Shown here in pieces: positions 21,297 through 34,128 of a DNA stretch of 64,000 nt; within the stretch, counting starts at the first letter, position 1, and every line of letters starts with the position of its first letter. A program made the translations under genes and the position numbers. Source of the DNA: Podarcis muralis (Eukaryota); assembly GCF_964188315.1 (NCBI RefSeq), contig NC_135660.1, forward strand, positions 96,844,001-96,908,000. The letters run 5' to 3'. Below the pieces are notes generated by a model. That model was given only the letters and a program-made list of their open reading frames with translations. It did no database searches and had not been told where the DNA came from.

Positions 21297-21730
21297 GCTG
21301 CTCAGGCGTCTCCGTCTCCTCCTCCTCCTCCGGGCGCAGCAGCCCTTCCTTCCGCCAGGCCGGCTGGGCGGGCGGGCGCGCGGCTCTTAAAGGGCCCCGG
21401 CGGCGGCGGCGGCTTCCTTGGGCTGCGCGCCAGCGAAGGACGCGGGCGAAACCCGGAGCGCAGCAACGGGGCGCGCTTCTTCCGCGGGGGGTGGTTCGGC
21501 CCTGGTCCCCCCGCCCCGGCGAGCCCGAAAGGCAGCCCTGTCCGGGCGCCGCCAAGAGAAGGGGACCCGCCTCCCGTCGCCTGACTCGCCTGCAGCCCAG
21601 TCCGGGCATCGCTCCCCAGACCCAGCGAAGCATCTGCAGCTAGGGATGTGCAGAAGCCAAGCAGCCTGGCCCGAGTGGAGCTTGAAAGCAGCAGCAGCAC
21701 CTTCTCCTCCCACAGGCGGCAGGGGGCAAC
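20750..21730 (-). promoter_or_regulatory. CpG island promoter of TTLL12
   Basis: About 1 kb of very high GC and CpG spanning exon 1, GC boxes (gggcgggcgggcg), TATA-like TTTAAGAG on the minus strand near 21385. Confidence 0.85.
21177..21296 (-). CDS. TTLL12: TTLL12 exon 1 (MEGDCADDYKAFVSLHGPAL...KLEGE)
   Basis: ATG in strong Kozak context (agcATGG), 40 codons, donor GAG|gtgggc, inside the CpG island. Confidence 0.92.
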
Positions 21731-21949
21731 TGTCTTGGCCCTTTCTGACAAACCCAGACTGGGAGAAAATAGATGGTTGTTTAAGGGTTTTATTGCGGCC
21801 ATTGAGCCCTGCGAGCAGGGAAGTCCCAATGCAACATGTTAGAGAGTAAGAGAACTCTGAAGGATGTTGGTTTTGCTCACAAGGAAAGGGGCTTTCTCTT
21901 GCCAGTGATTACTTCTGGAAGAACTAGCAGTGAAATTATAAATCCCAGA

Positions 21950-22180
21950 TCGTATAGAATCAGAGAACGGTCAAACAGCTCTTACCACCAGAATGTTGCT
22001 CTTGACGTTTAGTCAGAATTTATTTGCTTGCAACTTGAAGCCATGGGTTTCAGCCCAACCTCCGGAGGAGGAGAAGACAAGCTTGCTCCCTCTGACAGCC
22101 CTGGAGATATTTGAAGATGGCTAGCATATCTCCTCTTTTCCAGGCTAAGCATCCCAAAGTCCCTCATAAAGCTTGGTTTC
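21950..22180 (-). mobile_element. CR1 LINE 3' fragment
   Basis: Reverse complement matches the CR1 copy at 2721-3132 (ggaaaccaag..., ttagcctggaaaagaggaga, gccatcttcaaata). Confidence 0.75.
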
Positions 22181-24574
22181 CATATGACTACAATTATGAG
22201 GAAAGATTGACAGGTTTATATTTTGCCTGTCAGATATATTAATATGGTTACCCCTCAATTTTTTTTGCCCCACTTGTAAAGGAGGGTAGAAATTTGCATG
22301 TCACATAAAATATATGCAAATGTTATGCAAAATTGTGTCTTCTTTGGCAGCAGATGGTTCAATCTACATACAGGCCCAGAAAATCCCTTTTTTGGCGTTA
22401 GGAAATTTGTTTTTAAAAATCACCACTACACCCCCCCCCCCATTTTGCGGAATCCTCTTCTGGATCCAAGATTGTCTATCCAATTTCTTTTCATGGATTA
22501 CCGTATGTGTATTTTCTGGTGCAATCTCAAATCTAATCAATAGCCAATTATTGTTGCTTATCTTGTCCTTTATATAATATCACAGTCTTCAAAACATGCC
22601 GATTGTCAGCTTGACATTGAAGCTGCTGAAAGCTACCCAATATAGACAGGTTGTCATCCTTTAGGTCTAAGCCCACTCTGCTGAAATTCATGGGAGCCAC
22701 ACAAAAACATTATTGCACTGTCTCCCACTTAGCCAGGCACAATCCATCTTTCTTTTAACCCATGTTTCTGTTGCACAGAGTGATCTTAAGTGGATGGTGT
22801 ATCCAAAATGTTTTTAATGGACTGTACATCCTACATGGTATTGCTTGTTTACCAAAATGTGGACCCCACATAAGAAGCAAACGTTAGGATAGATTTTATA
22901 TAGCTTGGTATAAACATGGTTTGTTACCAATCATGGTGCCTTTTTTGACCACCTGTCAATGCCTTTGATGTCAAAGTCATGTTTGCCAAGCCCACAGCGG
23001 TGGCTGCTGCAATACAAAAGGGGTGTAAGCCATAATCACGAGAGTTGCTACCCACAGCCACCAAGAACACCAGAAAAAATGGAATTGTGTAAGAGGGAAG
23101 TGGTCTTTATGCACACTATATGTTCTTAGTGTTTCAGGGTTTGTGGGCTCATGAGTGAAGGGCATACTTAACGGCTTTTTGAAAAGTGGCAAGCTAACCA
23201 CTCTCCCCTCCCACATTCCTGACTGAAAACATCCCTGTGCAGCAGGGCTGGCCTGGCCATAAGGCAGACTGAAGCAACTGCCTCAGGCAGCAGAATCCCG
23301 CAGGGCAGGCCTCAGGTGGCAAAACAGGGCAGGCGCTCCTGCTGTAGCATCAGACACAAAGCTTGGCTCATGCTAGTCATGGCGAGCAAGGAGCTCCGAA
23401 ATGTATCTCTAGCCGCGACAGTTTTCCTTGCCCTTGGATGTCTTCTTGCTCAGCCCTTCAGAGTGCTAGGTTCTTATGACGATTTGCTGTCACAGTAGCT
23501 CTCTCTCTGTTGAGAAAAATGTCACAGGGCAGTCCTCATCTCCTACCTCCCTTTTAGTCTTCTTCGAGGGTGACCAATGCCACTGGAGAGGCATTTTAAT
23601 AGTTTTCTTCAGAGCTGATTTACATAGAGAATGAGAATAATGCAGTTTAAAGATGACTCTCCTTCAGGAATGTTCATTAGAAAATCTTTATTCCATCTTT
23701 TTATGTATCGGATCTCTGAAATGTGATCATTTTCCCCCTGTTATTATCTTATAAAGTTTAGAAAATGTTTTTTTCTCCCCTTTCCCCACTAAATGTTCAG
23801 ATGTTGCCAGTTCTCTGCTAAAATTATAGTTTTGCCACACACACACACACACATATTTAAATTCCACAACAAAACTCTGTGCAAGTTGCTCCTTTAGCCA
23901 GGTGACTCGGTGGAGTCAGAGCAGAATCAGAGCCAGATGAGCAGTTGTGTTCAGCGTGCTCTGCCCTTGGCAGGACGGTCTGCTGAGTTCCCTGTGCCAG
24001 AATATTTTGTATTGTCTGCAGAATCAAATGGCAACCCATGAAGGTTTTCCAGAGGGCTTCTCAACAGTCTAGCTCAGACTCAGTCCAGGCCTATGACTGC
24101 TCTGGTTAATCTGAAAGACCAGACTAGGAGATGGAGGAGTTTTGTGACCCAAACCAACAGGGATTATTACATGTGTAGTAGTTCTCTGAACTGGCTCCTC
24201 TTCCTCATACATAGCTGAAATTCTCTCTGTGTCTCTTCCGAATGTGCAGGGCAGGGACAGATGACAAGAGGAGCACTTCTCCAAGAAAGCAAAAAACATA
24301 GACAACCAACTTTTCTCATTGATGAAATACTGGGCATTGAGCACGTTGAGAGTGTGCACTGCATGGCAGGGGGAAGTGAACCCAATAGCAAAGAGAGGGC
24401 TTGAGGAAGTCTGTTGCTCTTTTGCAAGCCCCAACTAGAGCTTTAAGGAGAAAGAATGAAAAGGTTGGTGCAAAGAGAAAGAAAAGATTAATAGAGGGAG
24501 AAAAATGTGTAAGAAAAGACTGAGGGGTAGGCCAGCTCAGGAGCAAAGGAAACACCCTCACTTTCCCCGTTTGG

Positions 24575-24725
24575 TGGATTTGTAGCTGGCTGAGCGAACC
24601 CAAAGAGCACTCATTAATGGTTCCTCATCACCTTGGAAAAAGGTGACTGTGGGGTGCCGCAGGGTTCTGTCCTGGGTCCAATGTTGTTCAACCTCTCTCT
24701 AAACAACTTAGATGAAGGAATTGAG
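24575..24725 (+). mobile_element. CR1 RT fragment
   Basis: GVPQGSVLGPMLFN...NNLDEGIE motif. Confidence 0.75.
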
Positions 24726-25326
24726 CTCGGTTTTATTAAATGCCCACTGTTCAAAATTTCGTCCGCTTTCCCACGGCCTCTTGGTGGTGCTCTTCTGACA
24801 ACGACAGTTATTAATAGGTGATTATCCAGACCACCTGCATAGCAGAATGAAGAATGCCAAAGACCTTTTATCTAATTTTAGATTTATTATGAAAGCGATT
24901 TAACAACAAAAATCATTACATGCTTCCTTTTGAGCTCTGACGTAGAAACCAAGCTATTCATATACAGACATGAAGAGAGATGTTGAGTTAATAAGGTACA
25001 TGTACAACAACCATTTCAATGACAGTTTTGGGCGGTGTAGTTAAAATGTTGGTAAAGCTCAGACCATTAAAAAAAATAATATTCTAAGTACCAAACTTTA
25101 TACATTTATTCACTATCATTGTTCTAACCTACCATGATACAGTACCTGTGGAAAACAGCAATGTGTACATAATTTACACTGAAAATAAAGCTTAGAAGTA
25201 CCAGCAGCATCTACAAAGGTTTTAATTCTGATTTTTATTCATGCCCAGAAATTGATAGGAACCCAGAAGAATGCATGTCCTGGTGGGACGCCTTTTGTAA
25301 GGAGTAATGGACCTGTTCTTAATGTA

Positions 25327-25357
25327 AAGGTAAGGTAAAGGACCCCTGGACGGTTAA
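25327..25357 (-). mobile_element. 31-bp Sauria SINE 3' stub with a full TSD
   Basis: aaggtaaggtaaaggacccctggacggttaa flanked by the perfect 12-bp TSD gttcttaatgta. Confidence 0.8.
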
Positions 25358-25656
25358 GTTCTTAATGTACCTTATTGAGACAAGGCATCAGTAAATTTAG
25401 CTTTGCCAGTGTAGCATCACTGGGTTGAGCTTCCTTGCATCTTTAGTGGATGAAGGCACGAGTAGCTTTTACAGGAAATAGGCTGGTACCCTCTTCAGTT
25501 TTGCATACCTGCCAATCATGAACAGTTTGGAACTGAAACTCAGAATAATGTTAATCTATTTTCTGCAATGAATCATTAACTGAAAGCCAACCGTGGAGAC
25601 AGAGGAGGGAAGAGGTGTTGCAGGCCATGCCAGAGTAGGGCCCCATTAATCCTATA

Positions 25657-25879
25657 CAGTGGTACCTCAGGTTAAGAACTTAATTCGTTCCGGAGGTCTG
25701 ATCTTAACCTGAAATGGTTCTTAACAAGAGGCGTGCTTTTGCTAATGGGGCCTCTTGCTGCTGTGCCACCAGCGGCACACGATTTCCGTTCTCATCCTGG
25801 GGCAAAGTTCTCAACTCAAGGTAACTCTTCCAGGTTAGCGGAGTTTGTAACCTGAGGTGTTTGTAACTCAAGGTATCTG
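25657..25879 (+). mobile_element. Tigger-like MITE (about 220 bp family)
   Basis: cagtggtacctcaggttaagaac... with TA flanks; same family as 48941 and 61093. Confidence 0.85.
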
Positions 25880-28800
25880 TACCAGACAAACTAATCTACC
25901 TTTCGAGTAGGTACAACAGTACTTTTTTCACGAGTGAAGATTTGGGAACCTGCCAGATAGCTCTATTCCCACTGCAATTGTTCTGTGCAGATCTTTCCTG
26001 ATGTTTCATTCTTTTTCTTTCTTCCTTACTTCCTCACCCGATCTTAATAGCTGAAATTAGCCTTAACCTTATGTTCTTCCACTGCATTTAGCCGAGTTCC
26101 CATTATCAGCCTTCTCTAAAACATCCCACACGTCTACTCACAATTGATGTGATGGCAATAAAGAACAGCTGCCAAGAGGAAAACCCCTCCAGCCCATGGG
26201 CCCAACACTGTTTCAGAGACATTTCATTTGCCACTCCTTTGGCAGCTTTAAATACATGTTAAACCCACTATTTTTAAGGCAAATTTATTATGCTTCATAG
26301 TATAAACACCTGTATCCTGAGGTAGCAACCTTACCTTGCCTCATGAAAGGAGGATCACCTAGAGTCAATAGCACAGGAAAATGTAATGTTAACATTTAGC
26401 TACATTTTATGCGACTTGAACTAGGCTAAAGCTCCTGAATGGTGTCATTCAGTACAACGCAATGGGCACTTTTTTGCAGATGTCTTAACAGATACAGTTG
26501 CCTGGGGTCTTTCTCCCTCAAGAGAGTGTCGTGGGGGAGCAAATTCTAATTCCAAAGAATTGATTGTGTTGATTTCCAGGTCAGACTAGTTGATTCCATT
26601 TCACAGAATTTGCATAACTAAAAGAAATATTTACAAAGCACAGAAATGGGTAACTTAACTGGCCTTTGGCCTTTACAAGTCACATTTCGAAGAGATTTCT
26701 ACTGAATGCTCACAGAAGTTTTGTCGGGTAAGAACTGTTACTACTGTACACAAATCAGAGTTATTGTGTTTTCTCAGGGTATTTCAGATAGAGGAACTAA
26801 TTTCTGGAATGGTGCAGGTGAAATTTATGTTATTGCATGACCTATTTTGCATTCCCCCATGTAGCCACAGATGATAGTATTTACTCCAGATCGCTTCATC
26901 CCTTTGGGCACTCACTCCTGGTACTTGAAGAGGGACCAAAAATGGATTTGTGTAATTTTCATTATGCTGATTTTACTTGATCTTAAGTACTGAATCAGGA
27001 AACAATATTATGATCATTTATTAGATTTGTTTACTCTAGGTTGATTTTAACAAAATTTGTGTAGTTACATATGCACACATTCAAACAGGTGCAATCCATT
27101 CAGTTTTAAGCCTACCTGACCACATCCTTCCCAAGCCCTCAAAAAACCCCACCCAAAACTACCTAATCATTTCATCTTTAAAGTTAGGAAAGGAACCATC
27201 TTATTTCTGCCTTTCAAATATATGCACAATCCTATCACACTTCCTCAATGTGCCCAAGGTGGCTGTCACTGTGACCTGGGAGTAAAAATACACATGGTGG
27301 TAGCAGCCCTGCAAGGAGGAAAGCGGAACATGCCCCAGTGGCTTCCCCAAGTGCTTTTGTCTTAGCTGAGCTCAATTCTGGTACAGTTGCTCAACCAATG
27401 AGGAAAGTGCTCAAGAGCAAGAGATGGGGAGCAGATTTATATATATGGAGCAGATATATATATATATTCCATGTGGTTGCCACCCAAAGCTACTCTGGCC
27501 CACTCCGCTCCAGGGATACAGACATTCAAAGTAATGTTACAAAATACTTTCCTGCCTGTTCATCCACCAGGAAGCCGTCCCACACATATAGAACTTTTCT
27601 CCCACCAGTATAGAGAGGAGTAATATTCAATGTCTATCACAATGAAGCATATATATCCAATGTCCTAAAATTTATTCCTCAGTGTAAAGTACAATATATG
27701 GAACACTATTTACATCACTAAAGTAGAAAAAAGTTAAAATATTTTCAGTCTTTTTTTATATATATAAAAAAAGCATGTTTCATGGATAATGGTTTCCTAA
27801 TATGCAAAATCAAGCCACCTTCCTTGTGGTACCAACATCTCCAGATATGTTCCAAAGAGTACTAAGTTAGTAAATGAATGAGAAATACAAGTCTTAAATA
27901 ATGTTGTTTCTTGATTGTAGCCCTGACACTTGAATTACAATGCGGTAAAATGAAGGTATTTGGAATAATTCTGGCATTTGTGTTGACAATTGTAAATATC
28001 TAAACTAATTAGAATACCTAAAAGGTATCTCTGTATGTACACGATATAATTGTTTATATATTACATGATATCAAGGATTTAAAAGCAGAATGGTACAAGC
28101 AGAATAAATAAAGGAAAGAGCAATTGTGAAGTGTAGGTACTCAGATAAACATGGTTTTGCTGAATAGTTTTGTCTTCCTGTGCATCTATCTACTTAAAGG
28201 ACAACTACAATCCAAACAATATTCTTTTCAGTCTAAAGATGGTTTTATTGAAATAAGAATTAGGGTTCCACTTCTGGTGTAGGCTGAAAATCTTATTTTT
28301 CTTTTCAAGTGCTTAGAATGTTCTTCTTTTATCCTGGATTACTTTTTAAAACATGGTTAAGTATTTACTTCTGAGGTTTGATTTGCACAAGACTCTTGTT
28401 TATATGTTGGGGCCACAGATCAACCCTCTGCACATACATGGGACCCCAGAGTAGGCCTTGCTTCTGAACGTCCGCTGTGAGAAAAAGCACATTTCTGTGT
28501 TTTTTGTACACAGCACCCAGTTCACTTTAAGGGGTTTAACGTGGGGGAGAGTGTGCAAGCCTAGAAACCACGAGAAATACAGCTGTAACTAGGAAATGGC
28601 AAGTCTGGAGGGAGGGAGAACAGAACATCAGTGAGCTGCCTATCTATGCTTTCCTGAGTCACAAAACTGGGCTAATCTCAGATTGGCATGAATAAAGACA
28701 GATACGGTGATAGGTACGTCAAGAGTTAGGTGGCGCAGAGAAAAGAAATTGCGCCTTGTGTTGTTGCAGTCTACTCCTGGGACTGACTCTGGTTTTGCCC

Positions 28801-30079
28801 CACACACAGAGGAGGGACAAATGAAGAATTCTCATCTGAGGAAATGTGGCTTGTGGAGATGAATTGTTAAGCAAAGGTGCACTGAAATACACTCAATGCA
28901 TTATGTGTTTTCAGAAAGCAATTCCTCATGAAATAAAGTTTTTAAAGCTAGCTTTCACCATTCTTTTCAGGAAAAAACTGAATTCAGATTATAGCGAGAT
29001 CATAAAATGAATTAATCACTTATTTTTAAAATGTTATATAATCAGTGAGTGTTTGGGTGTGTGCTTTTGGGTTATTGATGTGTTACCATGATGGTGTGTG
29101 TCTATCGTGTATGCACTGTGTTCGTTCTGAAATGGGAACATGAGGGACACAAACCCATGTTGTCAGTGTGTATAGAATATCTGTGCGCAACCACACTCCC
29201 CCCCCCCTAAGGTGGCACTTAATCTTTAAGGTGTAGGTGCTGAATAGACTGCTTATGGGGGTGTTTGAAAGTCCTTTTGTCAATCTGATTCGGAACTATA
29301 TTTTCCTGAAACAACGTGCATCCGTAACATGAACACACAAAACAGATTCCTGCCCCAAAGAACAGACAATCTGCACTGCACAATATCCTTACTTCATCCT
29401 TCAATTCCCCTCCCTACTTTCTGCGGTCAAACATAACATGGGATGCATGAGACCCTTCCTTAAAATATTCATCTAGATGTCAACTGAATTCACATGCAGT
29501 GTGACTTCTGATCACAAGGTAACATGGCTTTAGATGCACGACAGAAAAACTTTTAAAACTGGGCGTTGACTATACAATATTCCAGAAGAGAACGGGTCAA
29601 AAACGTCTGACTGTAGTGGTATAGGAATGTCGGCGAGGGAAAAATTTGATGCACAATTGTTGCAGAAATTAGGGTGAAACTCAATTATATAGATTAAGAA
29701 AAAAAACTATCCTGAAAGTTCTCATTTAGAATTGTATCTACCACCAATGATTTGCATGGCTGCATTAAAAGGGTGATGGCAGATGTTAGCTTCTGAAATA
29801 ACAGCTGGATTTGTTCTGAAAAACCAACAGAAGCAAAAATATTCAGGATGAATGTGTAGGATGAAAGCATATTTAAAAATGACTTAAATTGTTATTTCAT
29901 ATAGCGTGCACAAACCCACAATTTTTAGTGTGCAGAAAAATCTGTGAGTATGGATATCAACTGTCTTCCAGCTTCCAAGTCTGGTAATCAATTAACTGGT
30001 TCCCGATAGCAGGACTTGATAATTATGAGAAGACAAAAAACAAAACAAGGAGTAGTTGACTTCACCCTTCTTTGTTTGC

Positions 30080-30412
30080 CTCCTCCATGAGAGCTCCAGA
30101 GGGTGGCGACACAAGAACGGGCCTTTTCTGCAGTGGCTCCCCATCTGTGAGATGCTCTCCCCAGGGAGACTTGCCTGGTGCCTTCGCTACATAATTTTAG
30201 GAGCCAGATGAAAACATTTCTCTATAATGTGGCCTTGGGCTCATTTTCTATGGTCTTTGAAATGTGTTTGTGGGAAGGGGGTTATTGGTTTGCTTCTGCT
30301 TTTGGTTTATTATGTATTCTGTGTTCTTATTTTGTATTTTTGTGTTATGAACTGCCCTGTTATCATTGGCTGAAGGGGGGTATACAAATTTAATAAATAA
30401 TAATAACAACAA
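30080..30412 (+). mobile_element. L2 LINE 3' end
   Basis: gggccttttctgcagtggctcccc..., tgaactgccc...gggtatacaaatttaataaataataataac tail. Confidence 0.7.
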
Positions 30413-31813
30413 TATTTTTAAAAGATAGCAATAAGTGCAGAGTGGAGGGAAGGCAAAGCTGAAAAACTAAGCGCTACAGGTTTCTTTTTTAAAAAATGGG
30501 CACATTCAAGCAAAAATAAATGCTTTGTCCTATTGTTTTAAATAAGAGAGCTACATATGTGCCTAATCCACAATAAACAATGGGACTTTCAAGTGCTTAG
30601 CATAGCTGCATTGTAATCCAATATTTGCAAATTTAGCAACCAACTTGTTAGGGCTTTTTATGAGGTCTCCACAAATTAATTTCTAATTGTTCTCTACAAA
30701 TCAGTGAAACCATAAACACACCAAGAGCTTGCTCTTTAAATAAGATCCAGGTATATTTTCTATTTAGATATAAGCTACGATTTTTATCTGCAAGTTGTAA
30801 TTTGTAAAAATACATTGTGTGTGTGTGTGTGTGCGCGCGCACCCACCCACTATTTCATTTATCCAGTATAACTATTTCCAGGGCTGCATGTATTTGTGAC
30901 AATGAGAAAGTTATATAGAGTAAGAATTTTTGTGAAAATAACATAAGAGGGTTAAGAACCAGAAATTTCTTTCTGCATCCTAACATCAGAGAGGTTCTCC
31001 TAGCTGGGTGGGGAGGGCACAGCTGTCTATGTTGTATTGTTTTTTTAAAATACACCTGCATTGTTATGATTTTACTATTTTTAATTGTACGCTGCCTTGA
31101 GATGCTTGTGCAGATAGCTAACCAATGAATTATTAATTATTGTTTTTACTATTATTAACAGCTGTGTGAACAGGACCATTTTTCTCCCATACCATGATTT
31201 CTGAATTATATGCCAAGGCAATGTCCTGGTTCATACACTGTTACTGGCATGGATTTTCATTCATGAGGGCAAATATTAATCAGTGAGCCTGAGAATTATG
31301 AAAGAGTCAGATGGCTTTCCCTTGTAACGAGGAACTGCTGGTTTCTGTGGTGTATTTAATGGTAATTTCTCATATGTATATCAGTATCTCCCAAAGGCAC
31401 CTGCATTAAAGCTTTATAATGTACCCATGTAATTAAATTTTATGAATTCATTAGTAAAGAACAGGAGGTGAATCAATGGAACCTTTAAAAAATCAAATCA
31501 AAACTCTGTTAAACTGTTTTGTTATGATGGACCCCTGAGCTGATATGCTACTTCACTGTTTGGGTTTGTTGTTGTTTCCGAAAACACAAATGGCAAGAGG
31601 CTGTCTAAATTGGTAAATTTGTGATAGCATTTAAAAAAATATTATTTATTGCACAATTCCTTTCCAAAACTATTGAGCTGTCTTGGTAACCAGAGGGATG
31701 GGATAGAGGTTAGGGAATTGTGGCACTCAAGCTTCCCCCGCAAAATGGCAGGTGGCAAGTCGGTGGAAGTGAAGCAAAGGTAGGGAGCTATGTTCATCAT
31801 GAAAAAGGAGCTA

Positions 31814-32273
31814 CCGTATTTTTCGCCCTATAGGACGCACTTTCCCCCCTCCAAAAATGAAGGGGAAATGTGTGTGCGTCCTATGGGACGAATGCAGGCT
31901 TTCGCTGAAGCCTGGATAGCGAGAGGGGTCGGTGCGCACCGACCCCTCGCTCTCCAGGCTTCTCACACCTCTCCGCAAGCAGCGGGAGCCCAGCACTGCG
32001 CTCCCGCTGCTTGCGGAGAGTTGCCTGCATGCTGAAGCCTGCGCGCGCTGAGCTCAGCGCGTCCAGGCTTCGCGGACCTCTCCGCAAGCAGCGGGAGCGC
32101 TCCCACGGCTTGCAGAGAGCTGCCTGTTTGGGGGCTGGGGTCGGGGGAAGCTCGAGCTTCCCCCGCCCCAGCCTCGCGCCTGGGGGAAAAATAAATTTCC
32201 CCCCTTTATTTCCCCCCCCCAAAAACTAGGTGCGCCTTATGGGACAGTGCGTCCTATAGGGTGAAAAATATGG
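31814..32273. mobile_element. Tc1/mariner-type MITE (CCGTATTTTTCG termini) with stacked internal hairpins
   Basis: 27-bp TIRs (25/27 match), TA TSD. Confidence 0.85.
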
Positions 32274-32789
32274 TACCTGTAAGTCAGGCTCTAGCAGATG
32301 AGGATGCTGAGGCTGTCCAGGAGGAGAGGCAGAGGAAGGGTGGCTCCAGGCATGCTGCCGGCTTAGGTGCACTAGGTGCTCCCATCCAGCTCACATAAGA
32401 AGTCATTTGCAGCCAGCAGCCTGCTCCCTCCAGTGTGCCATGGGGATGGATGGATTGGGCCAAAGACTTGGCCATTTCGTTTGCATCCCAAAAGGAAAAA
32501 AGAAAGACGCAAAAACATTGTGAGGCATCAGGTCAACAGAGCTGAGGACTAAGGCTATGTATATAAAAGAAAACTGGAAGGCAACTGGAAACAAATGTAA
32601 GCAACAAGGACTGCAACAATTAAACTCCAATGGTATTTTCATAGCCCCCAAACTGACAAGTAATCTATGGTCTTCTCACTACTATTTGAAACTTAATGTT
32701 CTTAGACAAGAAACAACTATTCATCTGATTCCTTTGACGTTATTCAAGACATGAGAGAAGTATACATTGAAAACTGGTAGAAGTAAAGG

Positions 32790-32795
32790 TTTATT
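32790..32795 (-). terminator. Candidate SCUBE1 polyadenylation signal (AATAAA)
   Basis: AATAAA on the minus strand, CA about 20 nt downstream, then U/GU-rich sequence, at the end of a TE-free block. Implies a 3'UTR of about 3.7 kb. Not transcript-verified. Confidence 0.35.
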
Positions 32796-33209
32796 TCTTT
32801 GTGTTGATTCTATATACTTTTGATGCCCTGACTACAAATGTATTAAGTGCTGCCTTACAGCCTTTGGGCAATAATCTTTCTGTTGTTATGTATTGTTCCT
32901 TGACTGTATTTGCTTCCAGGCACAAACCTGAGACACAATGACGTTTGCCGACCCCTTTTCTTTTTAAGCAATCTTTCAAAAGCAATATATTACAGACTCC
33001 AGTACAATGTTGAACATAAAGGAGAAGAAATCATATTATTCACAACAGGCTAGCAGCTATATCATATAACGGGAGAGGTAGTTTACCCAGATAACTTTCC
33101 AATATTTATGTGTATCTGGGAGGCATGCGCATGCTTGCTGCCTGTTTCAGACTGCCAAGTACACAGATGAAGACTTCAGATACAGAATAAGTGTTGAAAG
33201 AAGAATTAC

Positions 33210-33540
33210 TTGTTTGTTTCTGTTTATTTAGGAAATGTATAAGCCGCCTTCAGCAGAAGTCTCGGGGGGGGGGTGTCAATCAAGAAAATAAATCTATACA
33301 ACAAAAAGTTCAATTGCAAAACAAGATAAGCACATGAACAGCAGCAACCAGCAATAAAAGCGGGCAGAACCAGAAAATAGGAGTTAAAACAGCATGATGA
33401 AATACTCTGGCAAATTAAAAAAAACCCCACAAACTTTCTCCAACACCAAAAAATAAAATAAAAAATCAGACTGGGAGCATGCAAGCATTCCAATGTGGAT
33501 ATGCCATAACCAAAACAAACCCTGCCTCTGGTCATCTTCG
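33210..33540 (-). mobile_element. L2-like LINE 3' end
   Basis: The minus strand ends ...gaaggcggcttatacatttcctaaataaacagaaacaaacaa, like the other L2 tails. Confidence 0.5.
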
Positions 33541-33777
33541 TCATGCACCCTGAACAGAAATGCTCATTAAGCCATTCAAAACCTTTGCTGTGGGAGGTGG
33601 AGAATCAGAAATATGGAAAATTAGACAGCAACAGGCATCAAGTGTTTAAACTATTCCACAACAACATTTGAACAAGGGAAATAGCCTCTGGAGGTCTGCA
33701 ACCTTTCCTAATCCAGCCCATAGAAGAGGGAAGTAGATTTGAGCACTAAGTAAGTAGCTGTGGCTCTAAGGAGAAGA

Positions 33778-34128
33778 AAAGGTAAAGGGACAGCTGACCA
33801 TTAGGTCCAGCCGTGACCGACTCTGGGGTTGCGGCGCTCATCTCGCTTTATTGGCCGAGGGAGCAGGCGTACAGCTTCCGCGTCATGTGGCCAGCATGAC
33901 TAAGCCGCTTCTGGTGAACCAGAGTAGCGCACGGAAACGCCGTTTACCTTCCTGCCAGAGCGGTACCTATTTATCTACTTGCACTTTGACGTGCTTTCAA
34001 ACTGCTAGGTAGGCAGGAGCAGGGACCGAGCAACGGGAGCTCAACCCGTCACGGGGATTCGAACCGCTGACCTTCTGATCAGCAAGTCCTAGGCTCTGTG
34101 GTTTAACTCACAGCGCCACCCGCGTCCC
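33778..34128 (-). mobile_element. Sauria SINE, full length (subfamily A)
   Basis: Head gggacgcgggtggcgctg and ACCTTT tail; no TSD found. Confidence 0.9.

Noticed and set aside
20744-21849. Many long ORFs (up to 274 aa) and a possible divergent gene at the CpG island
   Set aside because: Stop-poor GC sequence; only the 40-codon TTLL12 exon 1 has homology and a donor. No downstream plus-strand exons were found.
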